NCBI GenBank assembly: GCA_019326865.1 | Contig: GCA_019326865.1_4101.1 | DNA length: 64,000 nucleotides | Strand: one strand, 5' to 3' | Source of the DNA: a phage | Shown here: piece by piece, positions 54,130-63,654 of the stretch | How positions within the stretch are numbered: position 1 is the first letter of the stretch | Layout: the number at the start of each line of letters is the position of its first letter | Notes under the pieces: model-generated | Databases searched by the model: none | What the model saw: the letters and a program-made list of their open reading frames with translations, nothing else | What the model was told of the DNA's origin: nothing | Program-made: the position numbers and the translations under genes

Positions 54130-54525
54130 ATGAATAATAACATTGGAACTTCAATAATTAACCCACTTTCTTATTACCTTGAGAAATTTAGAAGTACAAA
54201 TGGTAAGAAATTTAATAATATATTTCAGTTTTCTCATAAAGAATATATTACTATTGATCATTTTTCAAAGAAACTAATGTATGTAAATGATAATAATCAT
54301 ATTATTAAATTATCATTTGATATTGAATTAGATAAATTGACATTTACTGAATATATTAATAATAAAACTTCGTTTTTAAGCACATACAATAGAAAAGTAT
54401 ATAGGAACATTTCAATGTACCTAAATGACGAATATTACTTTCAACAATCTACCATAGAAGATGTATTATTCAGTACAGAAGAATTAAAAGAATTATATTA
54501 TTGGTATGAGCAATTTATCTATTGA
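54130..54525 (+). CDS. FQxS-motif paralog family member
   Basis: C-terminal DEYYFQQSTIEDV. Confidence 0.55.
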   Translation: MNNNIGTSIINPLSYYLEKFRSTNGKKFNNIFQFSHKEYITIDHFSKKLMYVNDNNHIIKLSFDIELDKLTFTEYINNKTSFLSTYNRKVYRNISMYLNDEYYFQQSTIEDVLFSTEELKELYYWYEQFIY

Positions 54526-54577
54526 CATTGTGGTTCGATTCTTCTACAATACAAGATAATACGTTGAGGAAAAATGA

Positions 54578-54988
54578 ATGAGTTTAGATTTACACAATGA
54601 ACTAAAATATTTTTTAGATTTGGATATATCCAATTTGAGCCAACACGTCAATTATATAACTAGTACTGTGTGGTGGTCTAATGAACAAGATGACCCAATT
54701 ATACAACTAAGTGATAATTCATCAGTTATGCGATTTTATAAGATTAATTATAAAAATAACATCAAGATCACATATATACCATACAAAAACATACTAATAG
54801 CCGAAACACTTAATCCAAGCTCTTTATTAAAAATCACCGATATAGATACATTACAAACAAATGAATCATTATTTCAACGTTCATTGGTTGATGATCTTGG
54901 TGGTATTACTTTTGAAGATATATTACAATTGAAGAATATGTATAGCGAATTGTTAGAGATTAAAAACACTTTAGTAATGGGGGATTGA
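54578..54988 (+). CDS. FQxS-motif paralog family member
   Basis: C-terminal NESLFQRSLVDDLG. Confidence 0.55.
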   Translation: MSLDLHNELKYFLDLDISNLSQHVNYITSTVWWSNEQDDPIIQLSDNSSVMRFYKINYKNNIKITYIPYKNILIAETLNPSSLLKITDIDTLQTNESLFQRSLVDDLGGITFEDILQLKNMYSELLEIKNTLVMGD

Positions 54989-54989
54989 T

Positions 54990-55388
54990 ATGGTAAGTTT
55001 ACTAGATATTGATAATACCAGTTTAGTGTTGGTGAAAAAAGGTTTAATCCCCAATTCTACAAAAATTGATTATGCTGTTATTGAAACAAATATGGGAAAT
55101 ATTTGGTATGATTCCGAAAGGGATATTGTGATTAGCTGCGTAGACAGTGACCGTGCTGAGTGTTGTAGAGTCGGTCATGACGGACAATTTGTTTTTGAAT
55201 TTCGTTATTGGAAGGACGCAAAATTTCACCAAGAACTTGTTGCTTTGTCAAATGAACTATATACAGAAGAAACTTTCTTTATGGAAAGTACTATTAATGA
55301 TCTTGGTTCAGTAACGTATGAGCACTATAAAAAAGTATACACACTATCCAGAGAAGTTATGAAAATTATCAGAACTGCTGAAAGTTGA
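54990..55388 (+). CDS. FQxS-motif paralog family member
   Basis: C-terminal EETFFMESTINDLG. Confidence 0.55.
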   Translation: MVSLLDIDNTSLVLVKKGLIPNSTKIDYAVIETNMGNIWYDSERDIVISCVDSDRAECCRVGHDGQFVFEFRYWKDAKFHQELVALSNELYTEETFFMESTINDLGSVTYEHYKKVYTLSREVMKIIRTAES

Positions 55389-55395
55389 GAATAAC

Positions 55396-55785
55396 ATGAC
55401 TACTATATATGATATTTTAGATAACTTGAATAAAAATATTGATAAAAATTTAGTTATCGTCGCTAATACTAGATGTATAATTCATCTTCCAGATATAAAT
55501 TATATTCCAACGGATACAACTGATAGATTAATTATTAATACATATTTACAATCATTAACATATCTCTATAATGGGATGGTGATATGGGTTTTTGATATAA
55601 AAGAAAATACAATACGATATGTATATGACTTTAACGATTATTGGTCAAGAACCCATAACATTGATATTGAGGAAGATGAACTGTTTCAATTGTCGTTAAT
55701 CGAGAAAAATGTAATAGGAGTTACCGAAATTGGCATTGTTAAAAAAGCATTGGAATATGCAAATAGTAAATTAAATGGTGAATAA
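55396..55785 (+). CDS. FQxS-motif paralog family member
   Basis: C-terminal EDELFQLSLIEKNV. Confidence 0.55.
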   Translation: MTTIYDILDNLNKNIDKNLVIVANTRCIIHLPDINYIPTDTTDRLIINTYLQSLTYLYNGMVIWVFDIKENTIRYVYDFNDYWSRTHNIDIEEDELFQLSLIEKNVIGVTEIGIVKKALEYANSKLNGE

Positions 55786-55787
55786 AC

Positions 55788-56234
55788 ATGGATGTTGATA
55801 AAATAGCAAATCATTTTGAAATTGCATTATCTTGTAATTTTGATACCAAAAGCGTAGAATCACCTAAAGAGTATATACATATTAGCTGTTCTTATTCACA
55901 TTCATGTATAGTCCATATTGAAAAGACCTATGACCGTACTGAGTTATCGTTTTACAACCCACTCATCAGAACAACATCAGTTATGTTAATATATAATACA
56001 ATATCTGACATTATTGAAATTATTTCAAATTATACTGATGTAACTTGTACAACTATATATAATGCAAGTACATGCATAACAGAAGAAGGATATTTCCAGG
56101 AGTCACTTATTCAAAATTTTAATTATGATTATAAAGATTTATGTTATATAGTCTTAAGTTTTGAAAAAATAAACGAAATGGTTTTGTCATTATTTGACAT
56201 AATCGAACAAAATCCAAAGGTAATCAAATGCTAA
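55788..56234 (+). CDS. FQxS-motif paralog family member
   Basis: C-terminal EEGYFQESLIQNF. Confidence 0.55.
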   Translation: MDVDKIANHFEIALSCNFDTKSVESPKEYIHISCSYSHSCIVHIEKTYDRTELSFYNPLIRTTSVMLIYNTISDIIEIISNYTDVTCTTIYNASTCITEEGYFQESLIQNFNYDYKDLCYIVLSFEKINEMVLSLFDIIEQNPKVIKC

Positions 56235-56668
56235 ATCCAATAAAGTTTTTTAATTTATTAGGTATTACATCTATACCGGATTTAACAAGTGAAACAAACG
56301 TATATCGTGATGTTGGAAATGTATCATTGGAATATGATACATTTGACTTTAAATGTTACATAACATATAACATTGAATCCTATACTAAAAAATCATCATA
56401 CATTTTTGTGTTCATATATAATGATTATAGTGGTAATACACTGAATGATGTTCATATTGACACATTTGAAATATGTGGTAATATTATATCAGATGAATCA
56501 TCATCTACATTTGATTTGGAATTAAACAGTACTGAAGAGTCACTTTTTCAGTTGAGTACTATAAGTGACACTATATTAACACCAGATGACATTGAGAAAT
56601 TTAAAGAACATCTTGACGCAGTTCGTGAGATGTTCTATAATCATTATCCAGAAGTGGAGTTCAAATAA
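56228..56668 (+). CDS. FQxS-motif paralog family member
   Basis: C-terminal EESLFQLSTISDT. Confidence 0.55.
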   Translation: MLNPIKFFNLLGITSIPDLTSETNVYRDVGNVSLEYDTFDFKCYITYNIESYTKKSSYIFVFIYNDYSGNTLNDVHIDTFEICGNIISDESSSTFDLELNSTEESLFQLSTISDTILTPDDIEKFKEHLDAVREMFYNHYPEVEFK

Positions 56669-56682
56669 CTAAAGGTAATAAG

Positions 56683-56943
56683 ATGACTAAAGTAGTTCGT
56701 AGACGCCATATGATGAACATGGATGAATTTCGCACATTTGACAAATATCGTACTATGTTTCGTATGCTTTCACAGGGCCGCCCAATTGTCATTGTAACAG
56801 AGAATTACATGTCACCTGAGATTATGTTTGGTAATTATGAAAAGGTCTTCATGCTGTACGTGAAGCGTGGATTACTTACAATCAAGACATTAGCTGAAGC
56901 AACTGATGAAGATATGGATGGTGATAATACCTTTACCATGTGA
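56683..56943 (+). CDS. hypothetical protein
   Basis: 86-aa ORF. Confidence 0.45.
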   Translation: MTKVVRRRHMMNMDEFRTFDKYRTMFRMLSQGRPIVIVTENYMSPEIMFGNYEKVFMLYVKRGLLTIKTLAEATDEDMDGDNTFTM

Positions 56944-57021
56944 GGAAATATATGTCTGAAAAACCAAAAGAACCTTTAGATCGTGATGATGATTTTTATG
57001 ACGAACGATATGGAGATGATA

Positions 57022-57273
57022 ATGAGTGAACATAGTGCGGTGCTTAAAAAGATTTTAAAGGAAATTGATGGTGAGTTTAATGTCACAGAAGAAGAATATC
57101 AGCATTGGAAGAAAGATTTCGAACAACTAACCGAGTATGATAAAGTGTTCAATATGATTGGTGTAATTAGCCAGTACTTACTTGGTGGAGGACGTGCAAG
57201 TGCTTCAATTCTGGCATCTGCAATCATCTGCACATCACGATGGTGTGATGAAAAAAGTTTGGAAGATTTCTAA
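57022..57273 (+). CDS. hypothetical protein
   Basis: Start at 57022 after GGAGA RBS; a 25-aa upstream ORF (56952..57029) with its own RBS overlaps by ATGAGTGA. Confidence 0.45.
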   Translation: MSEHSAVLKKILKEIDGEFNVTEEEYQHWKKDFEQLTEYDKVFNMIGVISQYLLGGGRASASILASAIICTSRWCDEKSLEDF

Positions 57274-57289
57274 ATAAGATGCTATAATA

Positions 57290-57298
57290 TATTATAGT
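57290..57298 (+). promoter_or_regulatory. extended -10 promoter element (TGcTATAAT)
   Basis: About 28 nt upstream of methyltransferase start. Confidence 0.4.
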
Positions 57299-57325
57299 AC
57301 CTTAACAATATAAAAAGGATTTTAT

Positions 57326-59221
57326 ATGAAACCTATCCGAGTACTATCTCTTTTTAATGGGATGAGTGTAGGATACATGGCATTAAAAGATGCTGGTATC
57401 CCTGTTGAAAAATATTATTCATCCGAAATTGACAAATTTGCTATAGCTGAATCCCAAGCTAACTTCCCCGATATCATCCAATTGGGTGATGTAACTAGAT
57501 GGAAAGAATGGGATATCGAATGGGACAAGATAGATCTACTGATGGGTGGTTTTCCATGCTTCCCAGCAGGAACTATGATAATGACAAATAAAGGTCATAA
57601 AGATATAAAAGATATAAAAATTGGTGATATGGTTCTTACACACACTGGACAGTACCAAAAAGTATTGAGTACTTGTGTAAAACAAGCACCAACTAGAATT
57701 ATATCAGGTCAGGGCCATTTACCTATTGAATGTACCGATAATCACCCATTTTATTCGAGAGTTTTGGGTAAAAAATGGAATAATGCCAAACGTCAATATG
57801 ATAGAATAGCAAGCGATGCAGAATGGGTATATGCATCAGAATTAACACCAAATCATTTACTATGTAATGTAAAATCATCGTATGTTCGTGAATCATCATT
57901 GAGAGATGAAAAATTTTGGTATTTTATGGGTAGATTTGCAGGAGATGGGTGGGTATCAAAAGTTAAACGTCAAAAAAGAAAAAATAGTTATGTATATAAA
58001 GTGTTAATGTGTTGTGCACATGATGAATTTGATGAATTGGTTGAATGTTTTGATGGTTTAAAAATGAATTATAATTATACCAAAGAACGCACTTCATATA
58101 AATTTTATATTACATCAAAAACTTTACTTGAATTCTGTGAAAAGATGGGGAAAGGTGCTTCTAATAAAATTGTTCATCCTGAATTATGGTCCGAATGTGT
58201 AGAAAATAAAAAAGCTTTTCTTGAAGGGTACATATCGGCTGACGGTCATTACTATGATGGTAAATGGCACATTACATCAACATCATCAAACATGATATTG
58301 GGTATACAGCAATTAGTCATGGACATTTATGGAAGGCATGTGAATATACATAAAGTCACACCGTCACCCACTAAGATTATTGAGGGACGTATAGTAAATC
58401 AAAAACCGTGGTACAGAATAGAATTCACTGAAAATCCACTAAAACATGAAAATGCTTTTTATGATGATGATACGTATGCTTGGGTAAACGGTGTCAAAAA
58501 AAGTATACCTACAAATGAAATAAAAGACGTATATTCATTTGAAGTTGCAGTAGATAACACATATACGGCGAACAATATTGTAGTTCATAACTGTCAAGCG
58601 TGGTCAGTTGCTGGGAAACAAGGCGGTGTGAATGACCCTCGTGGTATGTTATTCCATACAATGGTTGATATTTACCAGCACATAAAAAGTCTCAATCCAG
58701 ACTTGAAAGTACTGTTCGAGAATGTTAAAATGAAAGAAGATTTCAAGCAATACATTAATAGTGTTCTTGAGATGACACCAGTACTGATAAATTCCCAGCA
58801 TTATACGCCTCACTTCAGGCAGAGATATTACTGGTACAGTACTGATAAACTTTTTATACCACCTGCATTATCCAATGCACCTAAACTTCAAGATATTATT
58901 GAAGATGGTTGGTACACTGACAGAACCGCTTCGTACTGTATAGATGCTAACTATTTTAAGGGTGGTGATTGTAACCAGTACTTTAATAAATCAAGAAGAC
59001 AAATTGTTTTCAAAGAACCTGATATCGATAGGGATTTCCTTCTTGAACATGGTAAGCGAAATGTGGACTATCGTCATTTAACAGTACAAGAGTGTTGCAT
59101 GTTGCAAGGAATTGATGTAAACTACTTCAAAGTTAGTAGTTCAACACAAGCATACAAAATGCTTGGGAATGGATGGACTATGCCAGTTATATCACACTTA
59201 CTACGAGATATATTCTTTTGA
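57326..59221 (+). CDS. DNA (cytosine-5)-methyltransferase interrupted by an in-frame intein
   Basis: N-extein: motif I LFNGMSVG, E-x-D, GGFP; C-extein: CQAWSVAGK (completes motif IV), ENV, QRYYW, MLGNGWTMPVISHL. Exteins total about 286 aa. Confidence 0.75.
   Translation: MKPIRVLSLFNGMSVGYMALKDAGIPVEKYYSSEIDKFAIAESQANFPDIIQLGDVTRWKEWDIEWDKIDLLMGGFPCFPAGTMIMTNKGHKDIKDIKIGDMVLTHTGQYQKVLSTCVKQAPTRIISGQGHLPIECTDNHPFYSRVLGKKWNNAKRQYDRIASDAEWVYASELTPNHLLCNVKSSYVRESSLRDEKFWYFMGRFAGDGWVSKVKRQKRKNSYVYKVLMCCAHDEFDELVECFDGLKMNYNYTKERTSYKFYITSKTLLEFCEKMGKGASNKIVHPELWSECVENKKAFLEGYISADGHYYDGKWHITSTSSNMILGIQQLVMDIYGRHVNIHKVTPSPTKIIEGRIVNQKPWYRIEFTENPLKHENAFYDDDTYAWVNGVKKSIPTNEIKDVYSFEVAVDNTYTANNIVVHNCQAWSVAGKQGGVNDPRGMLFHTMVDIYQHIKSLNPDLKVLFENVKMKEDFKQYINSVLEMTPVLINSQHYTPHFRQRYYWYSTDKLFIPPALSNAPKLQDIIEDGWYTDRTASYCIDANYFKGGDCNQYFNKSRRQIVFKEPDIDRDFLLEHGKRNVDYRHLTVQECCMLQGIDVNYFKVSSSTQAYKMLGNGWTMPVISHLLRDIFF
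57557..58591 (+). mobile_element. intein with LAGLIDADG homing-endonuclease domain (345 aa)
   Basis: Starts CFPAGTMIM, block B TDNHPF, two LAGLIDADG-like motifs (FMGRFAGDGWV, FLEGYISADGHY), ends NNIVVHN before +1 Cys. Confidence 0.7.
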
Positions 59222-59703
59222 ACATAAACAAACACCAAACTTATATAAAACGTGCAGAAAGTTTCAAACGGCTGGCTGTAAAATCTGAATTAGAATTTAA
59301 TTTGTATTATCCTAATATTGGTGATGAGGTATTTTATTGCTCTCATTCAAAGAATGGAACTTTACTTAAATCGGGTAAAGGAACTATTGTTGATATGACC
59401 GCAAATTTCAGAGGTAAACTTAATGTAATGTACAAAGTACAAGATTCAAGAACTGAGTGTATTCATGAAGTGATGCATAACATACCTGCATATCCAAAAG
59501 ATTTTGTTCAGCTAATATCTCGAAGGGAGAAACCTATGTTCTATTGTGGTTACGACAAATTAACCAAACAAATTATTCCTAATACTATGGGAAAATTTAA
59601 AAGTGATGTAAAATCTGAACTAGAAAAGAAATTTGGTACATCATGGGAAACTGAAAACGAGTTTATCGAAATTCGTTTAATTGAAGTTACTATTCTTGAT
59701 TAA
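59173..59703 (+). CDS. hypothetical protein
   Basis: 176-aa ORF overlapping methyltransferase 3' end; start uncertain. Confidence 0.4.
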   Translation: MDYASYITLTTRYILLNINKHQTYIKRAESFKRLAVKSELEFNLYYPNIGDEVFYCSHSKNGTLLKSGKGTIVDMTANFRGKLNVMYKVQDSRTECIHEVMHNIPAYPKDFVQLISRREKPMFYCGYDKLTKQIIPNTMGKFKSDVKSELEKKFGTSWETENEFIEIRLIEVTILD

Positions 59704-59708
59704 TTATA

Positions 59709-59731
59709 AATCCACGCAATGCGTGGATTTT
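59709..59731 (+). terminator. rho-independent terminator
   Basis: atccacgc-aat-gcgtggat hairpin then TTTTT. Confidence 0.75.
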
Positions 59732-59745
59732 TCATAGGTGTATAT

Positions 59746-60261
59746 ATGTCAATTCCTTATGTTAAAATTATTAACAATATTCTTGATTCTTGGGAAGATG
59801 TCATTATTGGCAAAAAGAAACCTTTTCCTGTTCATGCACTAACTGGAAGACTACAATTCAGAATGTCAAACAAAACTGAAACGTTTAATAATCATGATAT
59901 TTGTATTACATTAAAAACACCTGTTAGTATTGTAATTAAAAAAAATAAAGATGATGAATTGTCATTATCTATTGGTCGTGATAAAATCATTTTAAGTAAT
60001 TTGTCTGAAGAAGAATTCTTTCAAAGAAGTACTATCATCGACATGAAAGATTTCACATATGAATCATTAGTAGAACTCAATACACGTTTTGATGATATTC
60101 AGGAACGATTGCGACCAATCCTCCGTAGAGAAGAAGAAGCCTGGATTGAAAGTATGAAGAAGATGCAAGAAATGTTAAAAGAAACTATTAACAATATGGG
60201 TCAATCTATTTTGGACATTGGTAAAACTTTTAAACTCAACTTTTCAAAGGAACGTAAATGA
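59746..60261 (+). CDS. FQxS-motif paralog family member
   Basis: Start at 59746 after AGGTG RBS; motif EEEFFQRSTIIDM. Confidence 0.55.
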   Translation: MSIPYVKIINNILDSWEDVIIGKKKPFPVHALTGRLQFRMSNKTETFNNHDICITLKTPVSIVIKKNKDDELSLSIGRDKIILSNLSEEEFFQRSTIIDMKDFTYESLVELNTRFDDIQERLRPILRREEEAWIESMKKMQEMLKETINNMGQSILDIGKTFKLNFSKERK

Positions 60262-60710
60262 AAATCGATGAACTGATTTATATTTTAGGTAACTTGCATA
60301 AAATATTGTTACATCTCCAAGAGATAAAGAACCTTGGGTATAGCATGTCCAATACTAATAAAACCGCATTTGAATACAACCCAACCACGGGTGGAAATTA
60401 TAATATTGTGTATTGTTATGAAACTGACCCAGACTGCTATCAACTTACGTTATACTTTTATCCAACAAACCCTACCATTGTTCAAGACATATCATCAATA
60501 TCACTTGACCCAGATGGTGAAATGAGTATAGAATATAGCTATGATTCTAAAAAAGAATGTTACGTTGAAGATATGAAAAATATGTTTAACGACGAATATG
60601 TGTTCCAGCTAAGTACTGTACATGATGTTGGAAGTACTAATGGACAATTTTGGAATACATGTTATTATCATATGATTGAAATTTGTAAATTACTAAAAGG
60701 CGATGATTAA
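60258..60710 (+). CDS. FQxS-motif paralog family member
   Basis: C-terminal DEYVFQLSTVHDVG. Confidence 0.55.
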   Translation: MKIDELIYILGNLHKILLHLQEIKNLGYSMSNTNKTAFEYNPTTGGNYNIVYCYETDPDCYQLTLYFYPTNPTIVQDISSISLDPDGEMSIEYSYDSKKECYVEDMKNMFNDEYVFQLSTVHDVGSTNGQFWNTCYYHMIEICKLLKGDD

Positions 60711-61093
60711 TGAAATACAGCATTGAAGTACATTACACTACTGGTGATACTGAAAATCAATATAACATAGTTAAGACCATTGATGTTCAATGGGATACTA
60801 AAGAGGAAGCAGTTGCTGCTTTACAGTGCCTAAAAGAGCATTGGGTGTTTTATATGAAGCAAGATAATTGCTATACAAAAGAACACGAAACTATCGTTAA
60901 AAATGCTAAACAAAAAGAGTGGTTTGACCCAATTTCACCAGAATATTCATTTTTGGTTAAAGTTGGCGGTGTGACAGTTCCCTTACGTACACCGTGGAAC
61001 GGCTACTTTGAAACTCTTCATAATGCACGAGTTGTCGCTGTTGATAATCCTGAACAAATCGATTTCGATTCATTGGACTGGAAAAAACTATGA
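60710..61093 (+). CDS. hypothetical protein
   Basis: 127-aa ORF between family members. Confidence 0.5.
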   Translation: MKYSIEVHYTTGDTENQYNIVKTIDVQWDTKEEAVAALQCLKEHWVFYMKQDNCYTKEHETIVKNAKQKEWFDPISPEYSFLVKVGGVTVPLRTPWNGYFETLHNARVVAVDNPEQIDFDSLDWKKL

Positions 61094-61533
61094 CAGTACT
61101 GCACCAATTGAAGAAGGTTAAGCATCCAGTTGTATATGAGGACTGGAAACGTCAGAAGCTGATGGGTGACTTTTATTACCCAAAATCTAAAGTTCTGGCA
61201 ACGTCAAAAGCTATATACTTGAAATATAAGGATGAAGATTGTTTGTGTATTCAAATGGGATTCCATCCTAAAGTTGGTTTGTTTAAATCAAATCAAACAT
61301 TTTATAAATTTAGAATTCAAAAAGATACATTTAGTATTCATATCGAAAAGCCTGATGTACAAGATACAATTTATCGTGTGGAAAGTCAGCCTTTGAATCT
61401 TGTTGAGATTCCGTACAATAATTTAGAAGAAATGTACTTTCAGCAGTTGACAATACAAGAAGACTTTGGTATGATAGGACTTCAAGAGTTAGAGATGATT
61501 AAACAAATTCGTGATATCTACTTTAAGGAGTAA
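61090..61533 (+). CDS. FQxS-motif paralog family member (divergent)
   Basis: C-terminal EEMYFQQLTIQEDFG. Confidence 0.5.
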   Translation: MTVLHQLKKVKHPVVYEDWKRQKLMGDFYYPKSKVLATSKAIYLKYKDEDCLCIQMGFHPKVGLFKSNQTFYKFRIQKDTFSIHIEKPDVQDTIYRVESQPLNLVEIPYNNLEEMYFQQLTIQEDFGMIGLQELEMIKQIRDIYFKE

Positions 61534-61535
61534 CT

Positions 61536-61679
61536 ATGCCAGTACGTAACAGTACTTCACGCTTTACGCTTCAACAGAAAGCAGATCTTTTGAATATGGC
61601 AAACAAAGATTCTAATTTTCACTATCTAGTGCTCGGTGGGTCAGTAGAAAAGATTGACCTACGTGAGTGTATGAAATAA
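61536..61679 (+). CDS. small hypothetical protein (47 aa)
   Basis: Not in ORF track; AAGGAG RBS 5 nt upstream of ATG. Confidence 0.4.
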   Translation: MPVRNSTSRFTLQQKADLLNMANKDSNFHYLVLGGSVEKIDLRECMK

Positions 61680-61693
61680 CAAAAGGGGCTAAA

Positions 61694-61864
61694 ATGAGTC
61701 TACGTGAATCATGGGAACAATTTAAAGAAGAGATTGGTTATCGTGGTGTTAAGATTGAAAAAATCAATCGTTCTGAAAGCATCAAAGCCAGTTCTAATGG
61801 CACTACTTATGATCGTTATGATGAAAAGTATGGTTTGCATTCTAACCCGAAGGATAGTGAATAA
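61694..61864 (+). CDS. small hypothetical protein
   Basis: Start at 61694 after AAGGGG RBS. Confidence 0.4.
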   Translation: MSLRESWEQFKEEIGYRGVKIEKINRSESIKASSNGTTYDRYDEKYGLHSNPKDSE

Positions 61865-62003
61865 TGGTATACACTAACATTTTTACTGGTATTATGCGTA
61901 AATTTATTAATGGTACTGGATACGTATCCAATGACAACGGTAGTACATGGGTAAAAAATAATACATCTGAATCTTTAGTAAAAAGTCTTCCGTATTATAA
62001 AGC

Positions 62004-62032
62004 TTGACACATGAAAATGGAGTATGTATAAT
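62004..62032 (+). promoter_or_regulatory. sigma70-type promoter (TTGACA-17-TATAAT)
   Basis: Consensus hexamers, 17-nt spacer, about 30 nt upstream of start at 62065. Confidence 0.6.
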
Positions 62033-62064
62033 ACTCCTATATTAATTAAACGAGGATATACGAA

Positions 62065-62637
62065 ATGGCGGGTGTTGATAAAATTTGTGAATTCAGTTCA
62101 GATTATGAAGGGTACGAAATGTATAAGTCCAAGCGTAATCACATTCAAGTACTGTCAAAATACCGAAAACATTTTAGAGGGCACAAAGCAACCCTGTATA
62201 TTTTTGAAAACGGATTGAAAGAGGTATGGAAGTCGGGTGCGTTATCTGATGCAACGATGGAATGTGTAAATCCAAACCCAACTGAAGAGAACTGGAATAA
62301 CCACGAATATTTCCGTGTTGCCACACGTACACCTTGGGGTAAAAAGGAATGCTTTGGTGTATTCTTTGATAACATTAATGAATACAAAGCTGCATTAAAA
62401 CAATATCACCAGCGTTTACTAATGAATTATGATTACATTCTTCATGTACCAACTGTTCCAGGACAGGTTAATGGTATCTATACGAACAGTACGCATGATT
62501 TAACTGCGGTGAAACGTCGCCTCAAACGTATGTTGGGTAGTGGTAATTTAACAATCAAGGTTATGCGTAATGAATCAATGTATAACTTTTTAAATATCCT
62601 ACACTACACATTAAAGGATAATAATGGAAACGATTAA
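62065..62637 (+). CDS. hypothetical protein
   Basis: 190 aa, GAGGA RBS. Confidence 0.5.
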   Translation: MAGVDKICEFSSDYEGYEMYKSKRNHIQVLSKYRKHFRGHKATLYIFENGLKEVWKSGALSDATMECVNPNPTEENWNNHEYFRVATRTPWGKKECFGVFFDNINEYKAALKQYHQRLLMNYDYILHVPTVPGQVNGIYTNSTHDLTAVKRRLKRMLGSGNLTIKVMRNESMYNFLNILHYTLKDNNGND

Positions 62638-62821
62638 GTTTATTTTTGAGGTGTTTGTTGCATTCATCTTATGTATTGTATCTATTACTATTTCTTTAAT
62701 CCCAGTCATCGTGTACCAAATTAATGGCGGCACTGATCCAACAGTTGATATGTTTCTTCGTTGCTTTGGATTTTGTATATGGTTAGCGATGTTTATGTTC
62801 TATATGCATCGTGAGGAATAA
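62624..62821 (+). CDS. small membrane protein
   Basis: 65 aa with two hydrophobic helices. Confidence 0.45.
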   Translation: METIKFIFEVFVAFILCIVSITISLIPVIVYQINGGTDPTVDMFLRCFGFCIWLAMFMFYMHREE

Positions 62822-62823
62822 TT

Positions 62824-63654
62824 ATGTCATTGGAAAAAGTAATCATTTCTGAATTCCGAAAGTATATCATGGATTGTGATAGAGATGTGCAACGTAAATT
62901 CAATGAGTATCTTGACAAATATCCGTATTTGATGTTTAATCCGTTTGAAGTTGATAATGATTTATATCTTGGATTTTACATAGGATTTACTTACCGAATT
63001 CTACATAAAGATGAGATGAAACAATCTGAGATTTGGGTAGAAACTGACTCAGCCGAGTCTAATGTTTTTTATCTTTATACATATTATGCCGAAATTGTTA
63101 GAGATATGACACCTGACGGTTGTCTATTTGTACAGTCGTCTGATATTGAAAGAATATATGTAGAACCTGTATCTTTGGACATGGTTGCACAACTTCCAAC
63201 TATCCAACAGTTAGGTGCGGAAGAATTAACTTATTCTGTATTTGAATATTTAAATAGAGATGATTTGACTCAAGAAATTGATAAAATGGTTTCTAAATAT
63301 ACTTCATCCCTTATTTCGGATGGTAAACTCAGATTGGAATTAATTTTTGAAGATACGAGTATTAATCCAGTAAGAGGGGTTACAATTGGAAACGTTACCA
63401 TACGTGTTGTTTACGATAATGAAGTTCTAGGATATATCTCAAAACGTGGTCATGATTTATGTATAATTAGTACATTCGTTATTTCTCGTAAAAAATGGAA
63501 TGATTTAATGCAGAAAATTGTTGACGGTAGTAAAATTCGTGATATAATATGTAATGATATGGTAATAATGAATCCCGATATTGACTGTGATGTATATTTT
63601 CCAGTTCCTGGGTTTACACGAGAAAACTTTAGTAAATTGAAGGATACGAAATGA
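62824..63654 (+). CDS. hypothetical protein
   Basis: 276-aa ORF. Confidence 0.5.
   Translation: MSLEKVIISEFRKYIMDCDRDVQRKFNEYLDKYPYLMFNPFEVDNDLYLGFYIGFTYRILHKDEMKQSEIWVETDSAESNVFYLYTYYAEIVRDMTPDGCLFVQSSDIERIYVEPVSLDMVAQLPTIQQLGAEELTYSVFEYLNRDDLTQEIDKMVSKYTSSLISDGKLRLELIFEDTSINPVRGVTIGNVTIRVVYDNEVLGYISKRGHDLCIISTFVISRKKWNDLMQKIVDGSKIRDIICNDMVIMNPDIDCDVYFPVPGFTRENFSKLKDTK

Noticed and set aside
62024-62218. 64-aa ORF overlapping the start of 62065..62637
   Set aside because: Starts inside the promoter -10 element, lacks an RBS and overlaps the better-supported gene.
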